This document shows positions 57,440 through 64,000 of a stretch of DNA of 64,000 nucleotides, in pieces. The notes under the pieces were generated by a model, which did not search any database, was not told the DNA's origin, and worked only from the letters and a program-made list of their open reading frames with translations. The position numbers were made by a program, and so were the translations under genes. Source of the DNA: Octopus vulgaris (taxonomy: Eukaryota); the NCBI GenBank assembly GCA_951406725.2, contig OX597821.1, positions 102,982,001-103,046,000 on the forward strand, given 5' to 3'. The stretch's first letter is position 1; every line of letters begins with the position of its first letter.

Positions 57440-57887
57440 TACATATATATATGTACACACATATATAAACAAACATGTATGTATCTATTCACATATATAT
57501 ATATATGTATATATGTGTATATATAATATATAATACACACACACACACACACACACATATATATGTATATATATATATATGTTTATGTTTATGTTTATGT
57601 TTTCCAGTTTCAGCTCTTGAGTTGTGGCCATGCTGGGGCACCGCCATGTATATAGATATATATATTTGTATGTATGTATGTATGTATGCATACACACTTA
57701 TATACGTGTATATATAGGTTTGACGATGCCAACAAGAAACCAAAACTCAAAACATGGGAATATATACATTTTTTTCTTAATAGTCGGCAAAAGCTACAGG
57801 GTGACTCAAGGTGCGATAGTTTCGTGTGAATGAATTTCATACACACACATACATAGAAACTTATTTTGAGCTCTATATTTCTCTTCG

Positions 57888-57920
<33 letters not shown>

Positions 57921-58177
57921 TACACACAAATAGACCATACATAGCGTATATTGTCACACATACACACGTTCTCACGCCAAATGGTCTTCTACTCCGAGCA
58001 TGACAACAAGCAATACGCGCGCAGTTACTGCGAACATTTATGTAGAAAGAAAACCAAGAAAAAAAACCTCCCCAAAAAAACAATCAATAAACAACAACAA
58101 CAACAATTATTGCTAATTACCAAAGTAAAGGATTAATTAGTTAATTAATTAAAAGAAATACATTTGTCATCACTTAC

Positions 58178-58257
58178 CTTTTGTCAGCGTCTGTGGCAGC
58201 CAACAACGGTGGGATGAAAAAGAGGAAGAAAAAGATCCGGTTTAGTAAAACATCCAT
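58178..58257 (-). CDS. Candidate first coding exon of a secreted or membrane protein (signal peptide)
   Basis: Kozak-like AACATGG start; encodes MDVLLNRIFFFLFFIPPLLAATDADK plus AG; followed by a perfect GTAAGT donor (58177-58172), phase 2. It sits in non-repetitive sequence. Confidence 0.6.
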
Positions 58258-58521
58258 GTTTATAGTTCGGTAGTTATTCCATGTGGAGATGTATATACAT
58301 ATACATACATATATATATAGAGAGAGACTGTATCTATGTATATACGTGTGTGTGTGTGTATATATATGTGTGTGGTGTATATATATGTATATATATATAT
58401 ATTTTTGGGGGTAGAGTTAATTATGCATCAAGACTTTAGAGTGACTTTCAAAAATTGTTTTTATTCAACAACTTCAGAGATACGTGGAAACATGTATTTA
58501 GACAGTGTGCGTGTGCATATA

Positions 58522-58623
<102 letters not shown>

Positions 58624-58931
58624 ATAATTGGTGTATGTATATATATTTGACAAGTGCTTTTTTTTAAAACACGGTACTCAATGATACAGAGTAATTTCAA
58701 AAATAATCATTCAATAACTTCACAAGAATGTATGTATATAAATATATATTTTCGCGAAGGTATGTATATATATATATGTATATATGTATAACGAGAGAGA
58801 AAGAGAGTGTGAGAGAGAGAGAGAGAGATGTAAATATATATATGACAAGTGCTATGTACAAGACTCGACGCTGCTTAAGTCTATATTTTCATTCAACTTC
58901 AAAAGTGTGTATATAAAGTCGTAAGTGTATA

Positions 58932-58967
<36 letters not shown>

Positions 58968-59003
58968 AGTATATATGAATGTATGTATGTAGTTATGTGT
59001 GTG

Positions 59004-59038
<35 letters not shown>

Positions 59039-59061
59039 CTGTGTGTGTATTTGTGTTTGTA

Positions 59062-59195
59062 CTGGCAGCGTTAATTATCACGCAGTGACCGTTCCAGCAC
59101 GGGTTTACTCGCGCTTAACAACAACACAAGCGACTTTGGTTTAAGTTGGAGAGCGGTTGGCTGGCGTGCAGGCTGGTTGGTTCTGATTGGGTGGG
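59062..59195 (-). promoter_or_regulatory. Candidate promoter/TSS region for the minus-strand gene
   Basis: GC/CpG-richer unique island with CCAATCAG (59190-59183), about 0.9 kb upstream of the ATG. Confidence 0.35.
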
Positions 59196-59605
59196 TGTAT
59201 ATAGATACATACAGTATATACATATACATACGAATGTATATACATGCGTACATATAAACGACAGTGTGTTTGTGAATGTGTGTCACACAGAATGTATATA
59301 TTTATGTTTGCAGACACACAGCCAAATCTGTCTGTCTGTCTGTCTGTCTAGACGTTGTTCTTAGGGTGGTGTTTACATGTGTAGAGGTTCTGTTGACAAA
59401 CAAGAGACATGATCAAACGCGTTCCATTAGTGACCCTCTCGACGTTTCCTCTAACAGGGTCCACATTAGTCAATTTTTTTTTCTCACTTTGTGTGTCTTT
59501 ATTTATGAAGAATACAGGATTTAATTTGAGGGAGATTTAGCTGTTATTTCTAGTAAGAAATAACATATCTTCCTTTTATACCCTTGTGTTCATGTATATA
59601 TGTAC

Positions 59606-59660
<55 letters not shown>

Positions 59661-59761
59661 TGTGTGTGTGTGTATATATATGTATCTATAATCTTTTCTG
59701 AAGGGTGTGTATATGTGAGAGTAGAAGGTGCGTTTGTGGATGTATAATCGGATGTTGCGTG

Positions 59762-59792
<31 letters not shown>

Positions 59793-59833
59793 AAGGTGTG
59801 GACGTTCAAAGTAAGGTATGTTGCCTCACACAC

Positions 59834-59897
<64 letters not shown>

Positions 59898-60126
59898 AGA
59901 GAAAAAGAGAAAGAGAGAGAGGTATGTAATTTATATGTGGGTGGGTATGTTTATATATAAGTATGTATATGCGGATTTGTGGGTGTGTACAAATGGGTAT
60001 ACGCGTGTGCGTGTGTATGTATGTATATATTTATATATATATATATGCATGCGCCTGTGTATATGTATATATGAGTGTGTGTGTGTGTGTATGTATCAAA
60101 ATTGTGCACTTCTCAGAATACTGCTA

Positions 60127-60190
<64 letters not shown>

Positions 60191-60499
60191 GTTACGGGGA
60201 TGGCTGAGTATCTCTGTGTCTCTCTCTCTGCGCTAGTGTTGTGATACTGATTGTGTTGTCTGTTGTTGTTGTTGATCTAGATGTTGTTGACGTAGACAAG
60301 GCGGTCCAGTTGTGACCATCCCGTCTTTTCAGTCGAGCAGTGAATGTTAACGCTATGTAAATAATATCCGAAATATGTATCCTGCGATTTTGTCTTTGTT
60401 TTCAGTATGTTTTGGCTGCTATTTCTTCTACATCAAACCGACCACGTTGTGGCTCTGGCGATGGTTCGTATCGCGTTTGTTGATGTTTCAGCGTGATTA

Positions 60500-60531
<32 letters not shown>

Positions 60532-60942
60532 ATGGTGGCGGTGGGAGGTGCAGTGGAGTGCAGATGGTTGCTAGTGAAGGGTATGTGTTAGTGGTGTTGG
60601 TGTTGGTGGTGGTGGTGGTGGTTGTATCTGGTGGTGGAGGCGGCGGTGTTAATGACGGTGGTTGCGGACGGCATGATAGAGCCGGTAGCGGTGGCGGCGT
60701 GGTGGCAGTGGCGGTGGAGCGAGGGTGCCCTTAATAATGATGATGATGATGATGGCGGCGGTGGAGGTGGCGACGGTGCCGTTAATGATGATGATGGCGA
60801 TGGTGGTGGTGGTGGTGGCGGAAGTGGTGGTGACGGCGGTGGTGCCGTTAATAATGATGATGATGTTGGCGGCGGCGGTGGTGGTGGAATACCTAGTTGT
60901 GATGGTTCTGTTAATAGTGTTGTTATTGTTATTGTTGTTGTG

Positions 60943-60975
<33 letters not shown>

Positions 60976-61159
60976 ACCGCTGCTGTTGTTGCTATGGTGT
61001 TGTATGCGCTGCTGCTATTGCTGCTGGTGTGGTTGTTGTTGTTGTTGTTGTTGTTGTTAAGCCCTGAAGCTTGTTAACCGTTTATTGATGTTGCTGATCG
61101 TGATGATGTCGTGACTGAGGTAGAGGGGATGGCGATGATGATGATGGTGGTGGTGGTGG

Positions 61160-61388
61160 TGGTGGTGGTTGTGGTGGTTAAGGCGACGATGTTGTTGTTG
61201 CTGTTGTGGTTGCTATGTTGGTGGTGACGGTGTTGGTGACGGTGATGGTGGTAGTGGTGCCAATGATGACGATGATTACGATGATGATGATGATGACGAA
61301 GAGGAGGAGGAGGAGGAGGAGGTGGACTATGACGGCGATGGTAATGATGATGATGATGATGACATTAATGATGATGATGATGATGATA

Positions 61389-61472
<84 letters not shown>

Positions 61473-61583
61473 GTGATGGTGATTGTAATTGTGATGGTTT
61501 GTAGTAATAACGTTAAATGATAATGATAATGTTGGTAAAATTTATGCTGTTGTTGATAAGTTTTTTTTTATTGATATTGTTGT

Positions 61584-61629
<46 letters not shown>

Positions 61630-61642
61630 GGTGGTGGTGGTG

Positions 61643-61709
<67 letters not shown>

Positions 61710-61879
61710 CACTACTACTACTACTATCGGTGGTGCTACTACTACTACTACTATTACTACTACTACTACTACTGGTGCTGCTGCCACTACTATTACTACT
61801 ACTGCTACTACTACTACTATTACTACTACTACTACTTATACTGCTGCTAATGCTGCAACTACTATTACTACTACTGCTG

Positions 61880-61934
<55 letters not shown>

Positions 61935-62010
61935 CATCACTACCACTACTACCACCACTACCACCAATCCACCACCACCACCACCACCAGAAGTGCTGCT
62001 GCTGCTGTAG
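61160..62010. repeat. (GAT)n and (CTA)n trinucleotide tracts
   Basis: Read directly from the sequence. Confidence 0.9.
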
Positions 62011-62599
62011 TCACGGTGAACTTGATTTTTACTACGATATACAATTCGTAGTAACGTTTCCTTTATTACGGGTTACGCTGTTGTTGTTGTTGTTGTTGCT
62101 GTTGTTCTTATTTAGCCCCAGGTCAACCCTGCTCCACGACGAACACACGCATTCCAGTCATTTTTGGCGGCAACTGAGATCCAATCATCGAATGTGCTCC
62201 CCTCCTCCTCCACTTCCTCCTCCTCCTCCTCCGCCTTTCCTTTCTAACTCCCTCCCACCCCCTCTCTGTTCTTCTGTCTCTCCTTCTCTCTTCATTATCC
62301 CCCCCCCCCGAGCTCTCTCTCTTTCTCTATCAAACGGATGACTGGGTGTGATTCGAAGGAAATTGTCTGCTGCCGCTATTTTTAGCGATTCAAATGACCA
62401 CATAGAGGCACCTTCAGGGTAGTTGTCATTAGCGACACTACCTCCACTGTGACTACTACTATTACTACAAATGCTGCAGCAGCTGCTGCGGCTGTTGCTG
62501 CTGCTACTACTGCTGCTGCTGCTGCTGTTGATGGTGGTGATGATGCTGATGCTGCCAGTCACTATTTCAAGGTCTAGTTTACTACTGGATGTTTGGCTA

Positions 62600-62840
62600 C
62601 GATGATGATGATAGTAATAGCGATGATGATGATGATGATGATGATGATGACGATGTTAAGTGTGATGATTAATCACGACGACGACGATGGTGATGATGGT
62701 GGTGGTGGTGGTGGTGATAATGATGATGATGATGATGATGGTTAAGGACGACGACGTCCACGATGAAGTTGAAGATGATGATGAGTATGATGATGGTGAT
62801 GGTGATGATGATGAGTATGATGAGGATGATGGTGGTGATA

Positions 62841-62888
<48 letters not shown>

Positions 62889-62988
62889 AATGACGACGAC
62901 GATTACGATGATGAAGAAGATGATGATGATGAGGAGGATAATGATGATGAAGATGATGATGATGATGATAATGATGAGGAGAAGGATA

Positions 62989-63045
<57 letters not shown>

Positions 63046-63160
63046 GTGATTAATGACGACGACGATTACGATGATGAAGATGATGATGATGGTGATGAGG
63101 AGGAGGATAATGATGATGAAGATGATGATGATGAGTATGATGAGGATGATGGTGGTGATA

Positions 63161-63207
<47 letters not shown>

Positions 63208-63400
63208 AAGGATGATGATGATGATGAAGAGGAGAATGATGATGATGAGGATGATGATGATGATTAATTACGACGACGACGATGATGATGATGATGATGA
63301 TGATAAGGATGATGATGATGATGAAGAGGAGAATGATGATGAAGGATGATGATGATGATTAATTACGACGACGACGATGATGATGATGATGATGATGATG
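62600..63400. repeat. (GAT)n-derived tract with higher-order duplications
   Basis: TAATGACGACGACGATTACGATGATGAAGA occurs at 62888 and 63051. GAGTATGATGAGGATGATGGTGGTGATAAG occurs at ~62813 and ~63133. Confidence 0.85.
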
Positions 63401-63567
63401 CAGAAAATGTCGTGTGTAAATGTTGACACTGCTGCAGTAGTCGGACATGTTTCAGTGTTTACGTTGTTGTCATTTTGTTTGTTTGTTTTTGGTTTTGCAT
63501 TTTTCTTTGTTTACATCTTACCGTTGTCGTTGTCATCGTTGTTTTATGCAGCAGTAGCAGTAGTTAT

Positions 63568-63606
<39 letters not shown>

Positions 63607-64000
63607 TTGGTAGCAGAAGTTGTAGTAGTGGTAGTACTAATGGTAGTAGTAGAAGTGGTAGTAATAGTACTAGTAGTAGAAGTTGTAGTAGTTGCAGTGA
63701 GTAGCAGTGGTGATGGTTGTGGTGGTACTGGTGGTAGTACCAATGGTGATACTAGTGTTTGTTATGATGATAGTAGTAGTAATACTAGTAGTCATAGCAG
63801 TAGTTGTAGTAGTAGACGTAGTAGAAGTAGTAGTAGCTGTCGTCGCCGTCGCCATAGTTGTAGTAGTAGTATCCGTAATAGTAGTAGCAGCAGAAATAGT
63901 AGTAGTAGTAGTCGTAGTAGTTATTGTAATAGTAGTAGTAGTAGTAGTAGTGGTAGTAGTAGTAGTAGTAGTTATTTAAGACCAAGTAAATAAAACTTAA

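Overview
Eukaryotic, AT-rich and extremely microsatellite-dense DNA. The repeat landscape resembles an octopod cephalopod (Octopus-like) genome; this is inferred from the tRNA-derived SINE families, not proven. Almost all ORFs in the supplied track are translations of simple repeats. Host-gene evidence is limited to a minus-strand candidate first coding exon encoding a signal peptide (58178-58257), a CCAAT/CpG promoter-like island near 59.1 kb and one possible micro-exon, so most of the window is probably intron. The mobile-element content includes at least four SINE families, 3' fragments of R4/Dong-like, Tx1/L1-like and RTE-like LINEs, a non-autonomous Helitron, hAT-like MITEs and a fold-back mariner derivative. 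The most notable signals are three type I hammerhead ribozyme folds in Penelope-like fragments, two of them convergent about 100 bp apart at ~50 kb. Also notable are a recently duplicated spacer-less 176-bp palindrome element, a CRISPR-like-looking 10-unit array of an invariant 35-mer with (CA)n spacers, a SINE 3' tail shared with a Tx1-like LINE, and many inverted repeats able to form long intronic dsRNA.
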